IMG/VR virus record: IMGVR_UViG_3300035698_004757
Span: 33,673-97,672 of that record
Direction: 5' to 3' (one strand)
DNA from: a virus
Length of the DNA stretch: 64,000 bases
Below the pieces are notes generated by a model that saw only the letters and a list, made by a program, of their open reading frames with translations, was not told the origin of the DNA and searched no databases. Positions 37,709-47,393 of this stretch are shown in pieces. The position numbers and the translations under genes are program-made. The number at the start of each line of letters is the position of its first letter. Within the stretch, counting starts at the first letter, position 1.

Positions 37709-38590
37709 ATGAAACCGAAAAATCTGCTCAATAAACTTATCACGGGCGATTGCTTGAAAATGATGGAACAGGTTCCTGACGAGTCCGTAGATTTAATTCT
37801 TTGCGACCTACCTTACGGATCGACCCAGAACAAATGGGATAGTTTGATTCCCCTTGATGAGCTGTGGGTTCAGTATCGTCGTGTTCTCAAACCACGCGGT
37901 GTTGTCGCTCTTACATCACAAGGTGTTTTTACTGCCAAGCTTATTATGAGCAATGAACGTTGGTTTCGTTACAAGATTGTTTGGGTAAAATCTAAGCCGA
38001 CGAACTTTTTAAATGCTCGTCGGCAACCACTTCGACAACATGAAGATATTTGTATTTTTTACAACAAGCAGCCGAAGTATCGGCCGGTAATGTGGCAGGA
38101 TGTGCCTTACGATAAGGGACGGCGAAAAGACCAGTGTACGGGGAGCTATGGTGACTTTAAGCCAGTACAAGTGAAAAGCACTGGTGAGCGTTTTCCGACA
38201 GATGCAATTTATTGCAAGACCGCAGAGAGCGAGAATGGTGGGAAAGTGTGGCATCCCACCCAGAAACCCGTTGCACTTGGTCGATATCTTATTCGAACTT
38301 TCACAGCACCTGGCGAAGTTGTACTTGACAATGCCTTTGGCAGCGGCAGTTTCTTAGTGGCTGCTGCAATTGAAAACCGGAAATACATTGGCATCGAAAA
38401 AAACGAAGAAGTTCACCTTTTCAAAAAGAAACGAATTGACTACGTCTCGCTAGCCGCACGCCGATTAGCCAATATCTCAAAAAGTGAGGTTTATCCACTT
38501 TTTCGAGATATGCAGCCGAGTGCCAGAATGCTTCGCTCCACAAATGATGGTTTTGTCGATATTGATGAGCTCTTAGCAGCGGGTTCCTAA
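37709..38590 (+). CDS. Amino-(N6A/N4C) DNA methyltransferase, beta class, low GC
   Basis: DLILCDLPYG, HPTQKP and VLDNAFGSGS; visibly AT-richer than the flanks. Confidence 0.93.
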   Translation: MKPKNLLNKLITGDCLKMMEQVPDESVDLILCDLPYGSTQNKWDSLIPLDELWVQYRRVLKPRGVVALTSQGVFTAKLIMSNERWFRYKIVWVKSKPTNFLNARRQPLRQHEDICIFYNKQPKYRPVMWQDVPYDKGRRKDQCTGSYGDFKPVQVKSTGERFPTDAIYCKTAESENGGKVWHPTQKPVALGRYLIRTFTAPGEVVLDNAFGSGSFLVAAAIENRKYIGIEKNEEVHLFKKKRIDYVSLAARRLANISKSEVYPLFRDMQPSARMLRSTNDGFVDIDELLAAGS

Positions 38591-38594
38591 AATT

Positions 38595-38726
38595 ATGAGT
38601 TCCGGGATAACCACAACCTATAACGAACGTTCGTGGGCAATTGATGTTATTAGTCACATCAATCACCTTGCAAATTCATCGCATCGACCTATACGCCGAG
38701 CTGGGGCGTTGACGCAGCGTCAATAG
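38595..38726 (+). pseudogene. Truncated N-terminus of a second donor gene (restriction-modification-associated?)
   Basis: MSSGITTTYNERSWAIDVISHIN... in the same low-GC segment, cut off at the repeat junction. Confidence 0.55.
38709..38723. repeat. 15-bp palindrome in direct-repeat copy 2
   Basis: Exact copy. Confidence 0.95.
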
Positions 38727-38752
38727 CATTTTTCGCGCTATGCGGAAACAGG

Positions 38753-38780
38753 TTGACAGGGTGGGGATGCTGGTTATACT
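38753..38780 (+). promoter_or_regulatory. Sigma70-type promoter (copy 2)
   Basis: TTGACA-N16-TATACT. Confidence 0.75.
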
Positions 38781-38869
38781 GTGTGCTGTTGAGGCCGAGA
38801 CGTTCCCGGCCGGACATTCTGGAATCGACGGGGATAAACCGTACCCCGCCAGTTGAGGGGATTTGCACT

Positions 38870-39991
38870 ATGAGTTTGTCATCCGCATTGTCGAACATTT
38901 TGGACACTGTACCCGAAGATGCGCCTGCCGAGCATGAGGGGTTTGACCTCCCCGAGCCTGTGTCGGAGCGGTTCACGGACATCAAGCCGTTCCGGCAAGC
39001 GCTAACCGCGCAGCACGATGCGATTGCCCACATCCCTGCGTCGGCCGACATGGTCACCGACATTGGTTTGGACGGGGCGGTTCATGGGACGGACTACCGT
39101 CTCAGCAAAGCCGCGTTTGGTGACCGGTGCCATTTTTCCGGTGTGCCAGTTAAGTTTGCACGTAAGCTGGCCACGTTGGACCCGGGTCTGGCGCAAGAGG
39201 TGTTCCACACGATGATCGAGCGAGTGTTTCATAAGTCGGCTGCTAAGACGTTGGTGGTGGACACACGTTATGACAGGATCGAGGGTATCGTGGGGACAGG
39301 CACGTACAAGCCGATTGGCAATGCCGACGTGTTCGATTTCGCTATGAGCGCCGTCAATGGAAACATGAAGCCAACAAACTTGTGGTTGTGCGGTCCGTTC
39401 ATGCGTGTGACAGCCGGTGTCTCCGAATCCGATATCAATCCCGGGCGAGCCGTTCACGGTAAGAAGGTGGGCGACATTGTGGCGCTGGGCATGAGTGTGG
39501 AGAACGCTATCCACGGTGATCAGTCAGTGAGGGTCAGTGACTACGCTGAGCGGTTGGTTTGCACCAACGGCATGACAAGTCGTGAGGCGAAACACAGCAC
39601 TGCAATACGCCACCAAGGTGACATCGAAATGGCTGTTGCACACGCGGTGTTGCGTACAGGTGAGGTTGTGGCCGAGTTTATCCCGCTGATGGAAGCGGCC
39701 GCCGCGATCCAGATTACCGAGCCTGAGCGGGTTAGCATGCTCAAAGCGTTTTTGTCTGCGCCGGGTAACGGTGGCGGTAAGGCGCTAGCGGAGGACGCGA
39801 TAAGCCACGCGGTCCAAGAGGCCAAGTCTGAGGGTCAGCCCGAAGGTATGTTTACCTTGTGGAATGTGGCTAATGGTGTAAATGTGCAAGAGCATCGCAC
39901 CGAGAACTTGCACCGTAAGACGCAGCTTGAGACGTTGGCATATTCGACGATGAAGCGATTTGGCGCGGTGTTCGCCAACAGTGACAATTAA
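38870..39991 (+). CDS. DUF932-family protein
   Basis: N.IHG..SV.V...ERLVCTNGM...IRHQG motif; RBS GAGGGG before ATG 38870. Confidence 0.7.
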   Translation: MSLSSALSNILDTVPEDAPAEHEGFDLPEPVSERFTDIKPFRQALTAQHDAIAHIPASADMVTDIGLDGAVHGTDYRLSKAAFGDRCHFSGVPVKFARKLATLDPGLAQEVFHTMIERVFHKSAAKTLVVDTRYDRIEGIVGTGTYKPIGNADVFDFAMSAVNGNMKPTNLWLCGPFMRVTAGVSESDINPGRAVHGKKVGDIVALGMSVENAIHGDQSVRVSDYAERLVCTNGMTSREAKHSTAIRHQGDIEMAVAHAVLRTGEVVAEFIPLMEAAAAIQITEPERVSMLKAFLSAPGNGGGKALAEDAISHAVQEAKSEGQPEGMFTLWNVANGVNVQEHRTENLHRKTQLETLAYSTMKRFGAVFANSDN

Positions 39992-40002
39992 CTTATGACC
40001 TT

Positions 40003-40057
40003 CGGGGTGCCCCATTTGCCGGTCCACAATTACTGGCGGGGCACCCCGGTTTTTTTT
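40003..40057 (+). terminator. Intrinsic terminator
   Basis: CGGGGTGCCCC / GGGGCACCCCG stem plus T8. Confidence 0.8.
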
Positions 40058-40418
40058 GCGTTGGGGTGACTACGTGAAGCCCGCTTGTTTTGGCAACCCG
40101 TCCCCGTGCGCAGCGTGCTTGTCGTGCGGCGTGCGGGCTGAGTGTGTAAGGTCGCAGATCGACGGCGATGTGTGCCTCCTCCCACGCCCGGCTGCTGCTA
40201 CGCCGTTGGACCCGCGACGCGGATCGGTGCCGATACCCCCGGGTTCGTTCGAGCGCCCCACGGTGGCACAGGCTCGTGTGCTTACGGGCGGTGTGCTGGG
40301 TGCAGCATCGGGTACGTTGGCTGCGATGGAGAAGCGCGGATGGGTGACGGACACACTTGACGGTTACGAAGTGACTGAGGTTGGCCACATGGCGATGATG
40401 TTATCGGAGGTGCAATGA
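40056..40418 (+). CDS. Small Cys-rich hypothetical protein
   Basis: CFG...C..C..C...C cluster similar to the 33933 ORF; start uncertain. Confidence 0.45.
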   Translation: MRWGDYVKPACFGNPSPCAACLSCGVRAECVRSQIDGDVCLLPRPAAATPLDPRRGSVPIPPGSFERPTVAQARVLTGGVLGAASGTLAAMEKRGWVTDTLDGYEVTEVGHMAMMLSEVQ

Positions 40419-40726
40419 TGCCCATGCAACAGGACGACGCTGTGTACAGGGTGCTGGCAGAGGGTTCGACCCGTGTTCTCGCAGCCATTGTGTCCGGGGA
40501 CGCCGATGAGTTGTCGATCAATTTGATGTTGACCGGCATGTTGGACTACGACGATCTGACTGCTGTTGCGGAGAAGACCGTGGCGCAATTTAGCCAGCAG
40601 TGCGTGTCGATGGGTGGGCGGCCGTTGCAGTTGTTGGGGTTCGATGCTGTGCCGCAGTTTACGCTAACGTCCAAGACGCGGAGCCATGTTTTGGCTGTGA
40701 CGATGTGTGTGCCGGAGGTGGCGTAG
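40415..40726 (+). CDS. Hypothetical protein
   Basis: RBS GGAGGT; ATGA coupling. Confidence 0.55.
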   Translation: MMPMQQDDAVYRVLAEGSTRVLAAIVSGDADELSINLMLTGMLDYDDLTAVAEKTVAQFSQQCVSMGGRPLQLLGFDAVPQFTLTSKTRSHVLAVTMCVPEVA

Positions 40727-43700
40727 TGGTAGCACCGAAGAAGGGTAAGAAAAAAGCTGCCGCACCCAAGCAGTTATCGCGGGTGGGCAGCTTGTCGTTG
40801 GTCGTAAAGGGCGACGAGCATAAGAGCGGGTGTTTGCATTGCCCGCTGCTGTGCATGGCCGAGGGGTTCAGCGAGGACGCGAAGAGCCTGTATGCACTTG
40901 ACGCCGACAAGATCATTAGCAAACTCAAAGAGCCGCACACGGTCCACACGCACAACATCCGGGAGGATTGGGCACCGGCCGACATAATGTTTGTGTGTGA
41001 CGCACCCGGGGGCAACGAAGACAGGCAAGGTAAGGCGTTCGTCGGCGCGTCCGGGAGTGTGTTGCGACGCAGCATTCTTGAGTATCTGCCGGACTACGCT
41101 GAGGTGGTGAAGGAAGATAACAAGGACGTGATTAAGTTGGACCGCGTGGCGTTGACCAGCACGTGCCGATGCCGACCCGCGCTGAATAAGACACCGACGA
41201 AGACGATGATACGCGCGTGTTCACCTGACCTGATTCGGGAGATTCAGGTCCGCAAACCGAAGGTCGTAGTGGCGATCGGCAACATTACGTTGGACTTGTT
41301 GACGGGCCACACAGGTGTGATGTTGTTGCACGGGAAGATGGTGCCCTGTTCACACCCGGAGTTACCCGAAGACTTGAAGGTTTTGGCGTGCGTGCATCCC
41401 GGGTATGTTTTGCGCATGGGCACAGACGAGTGGGTGGGTAAGTGGGCTGAGGTGTTCGAGACCGCAGCGACGTGCATTAAGGGTGACTACAAGGAGTTGC
41501 CCGGACCCGGTGAGTATAAGACGCTGAACACGATGCCGGAGGTCACGGCATACATAAAGCGGATTAGCAAGGCGCGCAAGTCCGGCGACGCTGTTACGTT
41601 TGACACTGAGACTGGTAGCCTCAAGTGGTGGCATACGGAGTTCCCCCCGCTGGCCTGCATCAGCTTCTCCGATTGCGAGGGTGAGGGTGTGACGATCCCG
41701 TTGGACCACAAGGCGGCGTCATGGACTCGGCCACAACGGCGGCGTGTGGTTGCGATGATGAAGAAGTGGTTCGCCAGCAATGTGCCCAAGGTTGCGCAGA
41801 ACGGCAAGTACGACGTTAACCACATCCGCGCACATATCGGCGTAGTGCCTCAATGTTTGGTGCGTGACACGATGGCGACGCACATGCTGTTGGACGAGCG
41901 ACGGGGTACGCACGGGTTGAAGATGCTGGCGTTTCAGTTCACCGGCATGGGCGGGTATGAGAAGCCTTTGGACGATTACATTGCCACGCACACAGACGCC
42001 GACCCGGAGCGCGGTGGCAGCTACTCGAACATCGGCGGTGATGTGTTGTTTCCGTACGCCGCGATGGACGCGGACGTGACGAAGCGCGTGGACAATGCGT
42101 TGATCACCGAAGACGACTACATCAAAAACCCTAAGTTCAGGGCGCTGGCGGAGAAGTTCTTGCCGTCGCTGTCTGAGGTGTTGGCTGACATGGAGTGGCA
42201 GGGTGCGCAGATCGACACCGATGTAGTCGCCGCACTGGACACCGAGTACCTAGCGAAGATGGAAGCGTACACGCGGGAGATTCGCCAGCACCCGATGGTC
42301 TGCCAGTATGAGGTGGACCGCCAAGCAGAGGGTGCGACCGGCAAGAAGAAGGGTGACCCGTTCGAGTTCAACCCCCGTTCGGTGCAGCAGCTTCGGACGT
42401 TGTTGTTCGAGCCGGACTACTTTGGGCACACACCCACGGACCTGACTGACACGGGGTTTGAGGTGTTGGTGGCAAGGTACGCACGCCTGTCCAAGAGTGA
42501 CGGCACGTTGAAGTTTGACGACGTGGTGCGCAAGGCGATTGCGGACAGGGAATGGGACCATTTTTCAACCAAGGCCGACGTGCTGAACGGGTACCGGCGC
42601 ACCGGCAACGAGTTGGTGGAGTCGTTGCTAAGCAACCGCGAGGCCAGCACGTTGTATGGCACGTTCATCGAGCCGTTGCGTGATTTGCTTGACGCGGATG
42701 GTTGTGTACACGGTACGTTCCACGTGTGGGGGACAGCTACGGGTCGGCTTTCGTCCAGCGGGCCGAACCTGCAAAATATCCCGAACAAAGGCGGGGGCAA
42801 GATCAAGCGGGCCTACGTGAGTCGGTTCGGTGACGAAGGTCTGTTGGTGCAGTTGGATTACAGTCAGATTGAGTTGCGTGTGGCTGCGTGCTGGTTCAAT
42901 GAGCCGCAGATGATTCGGGCATACCGCGAAGGTGCTGACATCCACATGTTGACGGCCATGTCGATCAGTGGCATGTCCCCGGAATCATTCAAGCGATTGC
43001 CTAAGTCTGATCAAAAGTCGTGGCGCACGCGCGCCAAGCGTGTGAACTTCGGCATTATTTACGGCATCGGGCCACCGGGACTACAAGTCACATTGCGCAA
43101 GGACGGTGTGCATCACACGATCGAAGAATGCGCCGAGTTGCGTGAGCGGTTCCTCAAGTCCCGCCCCGGTCTTCGCAAAGGCATGGAGCGCACAGAGCGG
43201 TTCGCACAGAGGCACGGGTACCTTGAGTCGTTCACGGGCCGGTATCGCCGACTCCCCGAGGTGACTTCACACGATCAAGAGATTGTCAGCCGTGCGTTGC
43301 GGCAGAGCGTTAACTTTCCGATCCAGTCCGGTGCCGCCGACATGACGTTAATGTCGTTGGTGTTGATTTGGCGCGAGATGCAACGTCGGGGGCTACGGTC
43401 GGTGGCGACGCTTACGGTGCATGACTCTATTATTTTTGACTGCCATGTGGATGAGTTCCACGAAGTCGCGACGCTGGCCAAGACAATCATGGAAGACTTA
43501 CCGAACCGCAGCGATGCGGTACTGCCCGGGGTTGATTGGTCGTGGTTGTGTGTGCCTATACAAGCAGACTGTGAGGTTGGGTCGAACTGGGGGCAGATGG
43601 TTGAGTTCGATCCGTTCTTGCTGGGTGCAGGTGACCTTGAGGGTCCGCTGTTCAAGGGTGAGGATGGCGAGACGTTGGTTGCGCGGGCACCGTCCGACGT

Positions 43701-43746
43701 TGACGAGTTGTGGGAAGTGATGGATCACAAATTGTCCTCAGCATGA
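40726..43746 (+). CDS. Family A DNA polymerase with N-terminal uracil-DNA glycosylase (family 4)-like domain (SPO1-type)
   Basis: UDG: DAPGGNEDRQGKAFVGASG, CRP, HPGYVLR. Exo: FDTET, QNGKYD, YAAMDA. Pol: TATGRLSS.PNLQN, DYSQIELR, RAKRVNFGIIYG, TVHDS. Confidence 0.95.
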   Translation: MVAPKKGKKKAAAPKQLSRVGSLSLVVKGDEHKSGCLHCPLLCMAEGFSEDAKSLYALDADKIISKLKEPHTVHTHNIREDWAPADIMFVCDAPGGNEDRQGKAFVGASGSVLRRSILEYLPDYAEVVKEDNKDVIKLDRVALTSTCRCRPALNKTPTKTMIRACSPDLIREIQVRKPKVVVAIGNITLDLLTGHTGVMLLHGKMVPCSHPELPEDLKVLACVHPGYVLRMGTDEWVGKWAEVFETAATCIKGDYKELPGPGEYKTLNTMPEVTAYIKRISKARKSGDAVTFDTETGSLKWWHTEFPPLACISFSDCEGEGVTIPLDHKAASWTRPQRRRVVAMMKKWFASNVPKVAQNGKYDVNHIRAHIGVVPQCLVRDTMATHMLLDERRGTHGLKMLAFQFTGMGGYEKPLDDYIATHTDADPERGGSYSNIGGDVLFPYAAMDADVTKRVDNALITEDDYIKNPKFRALAEKFLPSLSEVLADMEWQGAQIDTDVVAALDTEYLAKMEAYTREIRQHPMVCQYEVDRQAEGATGKKKGDPFEFNPRSVQQLRTLLFEPDYFGHTPTDLTDTGFEVLVARYARLSKSDGTLKFDDVVRKAIADREWDHFSTKADVLNGYRRTGNELVESLLSNREASTLYGTFIEPLRDLLDADGCVHGTFHVWGTATGRLSSSGPNLQNIPNKGGGKIKRAYVSRFGDEGLLVQLDYSQIELRVAACWFNEPQMIRAYREGADIHMLTAMSISGMSPESFKRLPKSDQKSWRTRAKRVNFGIIYGIGPPGLQVTLRKDGVHHTIEECAELRERFLKSRPGLRKGMERTERFAQRHGYLESFTGRYRRLPEVTSHDQEIVSRALRQSVNFPIQSGAADMTLMSLVLIWREMQRRGLRSVATLTVHDSIIFDCHVDEFHEVATLAKTIMEDLPNRSDAVLPGVDWSWLCVPIQADCEVGSNWGQMVEFDPFLLGAGDLEGPLFKGEDGETLVARAPSDVDELWEVMDHKLSSA

Positions 43747-43773
43747 TATTTTTCGTAGTGTGCGAAAATACGC

Positions 43774-43801
43774 TTGACAAGGCCACGGGGTTTGATAGAC
43801 T
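43774..43801 (+). promoter_or_regulatory. Sigma70-type promoter
   Basis: TTGACA-N16-TAGACT. Confidence 0.6.
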
Positions 43802-43877
43802 ACACAGCTTAATGGCCACCACCGGCATGAATGCCACCAAACAAGGCCACAGTACAACACAACGATAAGGGTCAACG

Positions 43878-44390
43878 ATGGCCACATCAGGTAAGAAAAA
43901 AGCAAGCACACACGCCGCTACACGCCCGGGCACTACGAGCGACGAACACCTCAGCGACCTACCCCCCGTCACGGTTGAGTTGGCAGACGGGCAACGAGTT
44001 ACGCTGGTTCTGGACCGCGAGTTCGCGAGGCCGGACGACACCGAAGAAATCTATCACGAAGCGAGGAAGGCACCTGCGAGGTATGCGTTTTGGTCGCAGC
44101 AGGTTGTGATTGCGTCACGCCGTATGCGAGAGCAAGAAGCGATTGAGTCGCACGTGGTCGCGGCGTATGACATGACCGTGCGATCCGATAATTCATTTAC
44201 GGCTTATACCGAGAGGTCCGTGCGGGACTACGTTGACTTGGAACCCAACGTAAAGGCTGAGCGAAAGAAAGCGTCTGACCTGCGCGCTGCGTATGAGGCC
44301 ATGCGCGGCATAGCCGACGCGATGCGGCAGCGCTGTTTTATTCTCACAAACTTAACCAAGTCCAACGTCGAAGCACAGATGGACATGTAG
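43878..44390 (+). CDS. Putative recombination mediator (UvsY-like, helical)
   Basis: Helical protein with a TE..V motif, upstream of SSB/RecA; called from position and character. Confidence 0.45.
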   Translation: MATSGKKKASTHAATRPGTTSDEHLSDLPPVTVELADGQRVTLVLDREFARPDDTEEIYHEARKAPARYAFWSQQVVIASRRMREQEAIESHVVAAYDMTVRSDNSFTAYTERSVRDYVDLEPNVKAERKKASDLRAAYEAMRGIADAMRQRCFILTNLTKSNVEAQMDM

Positions 44391-44438
44391 TCCACGCAGT
44401 TGCAATAAGACACCGGACATTTTTGAAGGAGCGTTACG

Positions 44439-45662
44439 ATGGCGAAAGTATCAGCAGCAATGCGAGAGCGGTTGATGGGGCAGAAGTCGAAGATGTTTAC
44501 GAGCGATTTGCTCAAGGCGAAAGATTGGAACACGGGCGTGCTGCGCCTGTTGCCCATGCCGATTACCGACGACGCGATGCCGTGCTACGAGTACCTCAGC
44601 TTGTACTGCGCGGCGCTAAAACTCGGGTCAACGTCGCCGCGAGTCTACGATTTGCAGTGCCCGGTGATGGATGCTTTGGACTCGATCCGCAACTCGGGTG
44701 ACAAAGCAGAGAAGGCGGGCGCAAAAGCCACTGTCAATGTCCGTCGTGAGTTTTGGGGTGCTGTCATCGTGCGAGGGCAAGAAGGACTGCCCACCGCCCC
44801 CGCGATTAAGGTGTTTCCGTTTCGGCAATGCACGTATGAAGACATCATGCAGCGCATGCTCAATGAGCGGTTCAGCGTAGACCCCACCGATCCGATCGAG
44901 GGCTTCGACTTCGACCTGACGAAGTCTGGCGTGAAGATCGACACCAAGTGGGTGCTGCAATGGGATACGGCACCGTCCCCTGTGTCTGATGACCCCGACC
45001 TTGCGGACGCGCTCGTCGCTGCCGGTCGGGCCTACGATGTGCGCAGCAAATTCTACAAGATCGACATCAAGAATCTTGAGGCTATGTACGAAGAGTTGAC
45101 GGGCAGCAACATCCCGTCGTCGTATTACGATGGGTGGAACGACGCAGAACCCGGCCAGTTCAAGGACGATGAAGACGACGACAGCGCAGGCAACGACAGC
45201 GAGGCTAAGGGTGGCACTGGCGGCGGTTCCGCACCTGCACCCGCACCCGCAGAACCCCCAGCCGACGACAGCGGTATCGCCCCCGGTGAGACGCTTGCCG
45301 AGTACGACGACGAAGATCGCGGTGATGTCACATTGGTTTTGAAGAGTACGCCGTACACAGATGATGACAGCGACATTATGGTTGACTGCAACTACGTTGA
45401 CGATCCCGAAGAAGAGAACTTTGCGGTGCCGTTCGATTCCGTGACTGTCCTTGAACCCGAGCCTGAACCCGAGCCTGAACCCGAGCCTGCGCCGACACGT
45501 GCTGCGAAGAAGAAGCCCAAGGGCGCAGCCAAGCCCAAGGCGGCGAAGGGCAAGGCGACTACGGCCGCGAAGGGCAAGGGTGGTTCAACACCCCGCAAGC
45601 CGACCTCGGCGGGTAAGGGCAAGCTGGCAGGTAAGGCAGCCGCGTTGCGCGGCAAGAGTTGA
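44439..45662 (+). CDS. Single-stranded DNA-binding protein (gp32-like) with long acidic then basic tail
   Basis: LRLLP, CPVMD and DPTDPIEGFDFDLTKSG motifs. Confidence 0.72.
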   Translation: MAKVSAAMRERLMGQKSKMFTSDLLKAKDWNTGVLRLLPMPITDDAMPCYEYLSLYCAALKLGSTSPRVYDLQCPVMDALDSIRNSGDKAEKAGAKATVNVRREFWGAVIVRGQEGLPTAPAIKVFPFRQCTYEDIMQRMLNERFSVDPTDPIEGFDFDLTKSGVKIDTKWVLQWDTAPSPVSDDPDLADALVAAGRAYDVRSKFYKIDIKNLEAMYEELTGSNIPSSYYDGWNDAEPGQFKDDEDDDSAGNDSEAKGGTGGGSAPAPAPAEPPADDSGIAPGETLAEYDDEDRGDVTLVLKSTPYTDDDSDIMVDCNYVDDPEEENFAVPFDSVTVLEPEPEPEPEPEPAPTRAAKKKPKGAAKPKAAKGKATTAAKGKGGSTPRKPTSAGKGKLAGKAAALRGKS

Positions 45663-45673
45663 CGCAGCGTCAA
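45659..45673. repeat. 15-bp palindrome on the SSB stop
   Basis: Exact copy. Confidence 0.95.
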
Positions 45674-45681
45674 GTATCCAT

Positions 45682-45720
45682 CCCCGGGGGCTGTTGCGTG
45701 GTGTGCAGCCCCCGGGTTTT
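45682..45720 (+). terminator. Intrinsic terminator
   Basis: CCCGGGGGCTG / CAGCCCCCGGG stem plus T4. Confidence 0.65.
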
Positions 45721-45737
45721 ATGAGGCGAGGTGACAG

Positions 45738-46103
45738 ATGCCATTTAAGTCTGGTGATGTGGTGGCGCTTGAGGCGTCGCCAACGATTCAATGTGAACAA
45801 TACGCTTTAATCCTCAAACCCAGCGCACGGGTGACACGTGAGTTGGGTGCCGATGTGGACGCTGACCTACAAGACATGGCTGACTCGTTGCGTGGTGCGC
45901 TTTTGCGTTCCGCTGCAATGCAGATGGGCGTCGTTGAGGATTTGGTGACAGCTTACGATGCCGGTGGCCGGGCTGCCGTGACAACATTTTGTGTGAAGGA
46001 GTTAGGACTCGATGGCAAAGACCCAACCAAAGAAGCGCGGCTTGTCCACAGTGGCGGCCGACCTAGTAAAAAGCGATCACGTGTCGAAACGGGAGCGGAG
46101 TAA
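45738..46103 (+). CDS. Hypothetical protein
   Basis: RBS GAGGTG. Confidence 0.5.
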   Translation: MPFKSGDVVALEASPTIQCEQYALILKPSARVTRELGADVDADLQDMADSLRGALLRSAAMQMGVVEDLVTAYDAGGRAAVTTFCVKELGLDGKDPTKEARLVHSGGRPSKKRSRVETGAE

Positions 46104-47280
46104 GAGGACAAAGAAGAAGGCTACACGCAAGAAGGCGGTCACCGCACCGGAGGGTACCGCACCTACGGCGGGCAACCAGACTGCGGGGTCTGGCCAAGCG
46201 CATGACATCGTGGATGCGATGCGTGGGTGGGCGTCAAAGCACAAGTACGAAACGGACATCGTGGGCGGTGTGTTGTCCGAGGACACACTGCCAGCCGTGA
46301 CGGAATGGTTGCGCAGTGGCATACCAACGCTCGACCGGTTGCTGGGCGGAGGCTGGGCAATTGGGCGCATCAGCGAGGTCTACGGACCCGAGGCAGCAGG
46401 TAAGAGTGCGCAGGGTCACTTGGCGGCTGCGGACGCGACACAGAGTGGCGGTCTGGTTTTGCACGTGGACTGCGAGCGTGCGCTGGATCAAGCGCGTCTC
46501 CGAAGTAGCAACATTGTGGCGGACCGTATGATTTACGTCACACCGAACTACGTGGAGCAAGGTGCCGCGATGGTGTTCCAGTTCCTCGACCAGATTGAGA
46601 AGAACCCACCCCCGGGGCCGTCGTTGATTCTGTGGGACTCCGTGCCCGTGTGCCCGTCGTTGGCTGAGTGGGAAGCGCAGATAGACGACGGTAAAGAAGT
46701 TGTGGCCGCACAGTCGCGAGCGTACAAGAAGATGCTGTTTAAGCTGTACAGTCGGGTCGCACGTAACCGTGTGCATTTCATGTGGATCAACCAAGAGCGT
46801 GTTGACATGACGGCCAAGAAGAAGGGCTTTAGCGGGCAGGTGTATAAAGTGCCGGGTCCGAAGGAAATCAAGTACATGGCCAGCCAGCGTGTGCGATGCA
46901 CCCCCGCGTTCGGGCACAAGCGCAAAGTAGGTACCGAGGTGGTGGGCTACACATTGCGTATGACGACGGAGAAGGCGCGATTGACACCACCGCATCGTCA
47001 GGTGGATTGGGTGCTGATGTTCGACGGCGGCCCGAGCGTGGAGTGGTCGTTGTGGGAAGCGTTTGAGATTTGTAACGTGTTGAAGCGGTCGGGCGGTGAC
47101 CGGAGCCAGTCGTACAAGGTGCCGTGGACTAATCGCACGTTCACGAAGAAGAAGTGGATGGACATGATGGCCGAGCCAGACTTTCGCGCAAAGGCAATTG
47201 CGGCCGTGGACAACTTACCGGTGAATACTGCCCGGGCGTGGAAGGAACACAAGGATAAGGGTGATTCTGCCGACTTATGA
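46012..47280 (+). CDS. recA: RecA/UvsX-like recombinase
   Basis: SGIPTLDRLLGGGW, GRISEVYGPEAAGKS, DCERALD, LWDSV and INQ.R. Confidence 0.9.
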   Translation: MAKTQPKKRGLSTVAADLVKSDHVSKRERSKRTKKKATRKKAVTAPEGTAPTAGNQTAGSGQAHDIVDAMRGWASKHKYETDIVGGVLSEDTLPAVTEWLRSGIPTLDRLLGGGWAIGRISEVYGPEAAGKSAQGHLAAADATQSGGLVLHVDCERALDQARLRSSNIVADRMIYVTPNYVEQGAAMVFQFLDQIEKNPPPGPSLILWDSVPVCPSLAEWEAQIDDGKEVVAAQSRAYKKMLFKLYSRVARNRVHFMWINQERVDMTAKKKGFSGQVYKVPGPKEIKYMASQRVRCTPAFGHKRKVGTEVVGYTLRMTTEKARLTPPHRQVDWVLMFDGGPSVEWSLWEAFEICNVLKRSGGDRSQSYKVPWTNRTFTKKKWMDMMAEPDFRAKAIAAVDNLPVNTARAWKEHKDKGDSADL

Positions 47281-47310
47281 CCTGTTTTCGTGTGCGCCGG
47301 TATATGCGAC

Positions 47311-47338
47311 TTGACGCTGCGTCAAATTGACGTATGAT
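47311..47338 (+). promoter_or_regulatory. Promoter of the ParB-like gene whose -35 box is the palindrome TTGACGCTGCGTCAA
   Basis: TTGACG-N16-TATGAT; palindrome at 47311-47325. Confidence 0.75.
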
Positions 47339-47393
47339 GGCGGGCGTGGATCAGCACCGGAAACGAATCAAACTGGAAAGGAGACATACAACT

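Larger units (their letters stand above)
38699..38900 (+). repeat. 202-bp direct repeat, copy 2 (original, intact ATG)
   Basis: Aligns to 37475-37676. Confidence 0.95.

Noticed and set aside
37475-38900. Direct repeats as att sites, terminal repeats or DGR TR/VR
   Set aside because: No integrase or reverse transcriptase in the window; mismatches are not adenine-specific; the repeat is a promoter/leader region.
45453-45488. GAACCCGAGCCT x3 tandem repeat
   Set aside because: Simply encodes an EPEPEP linker in SSB.
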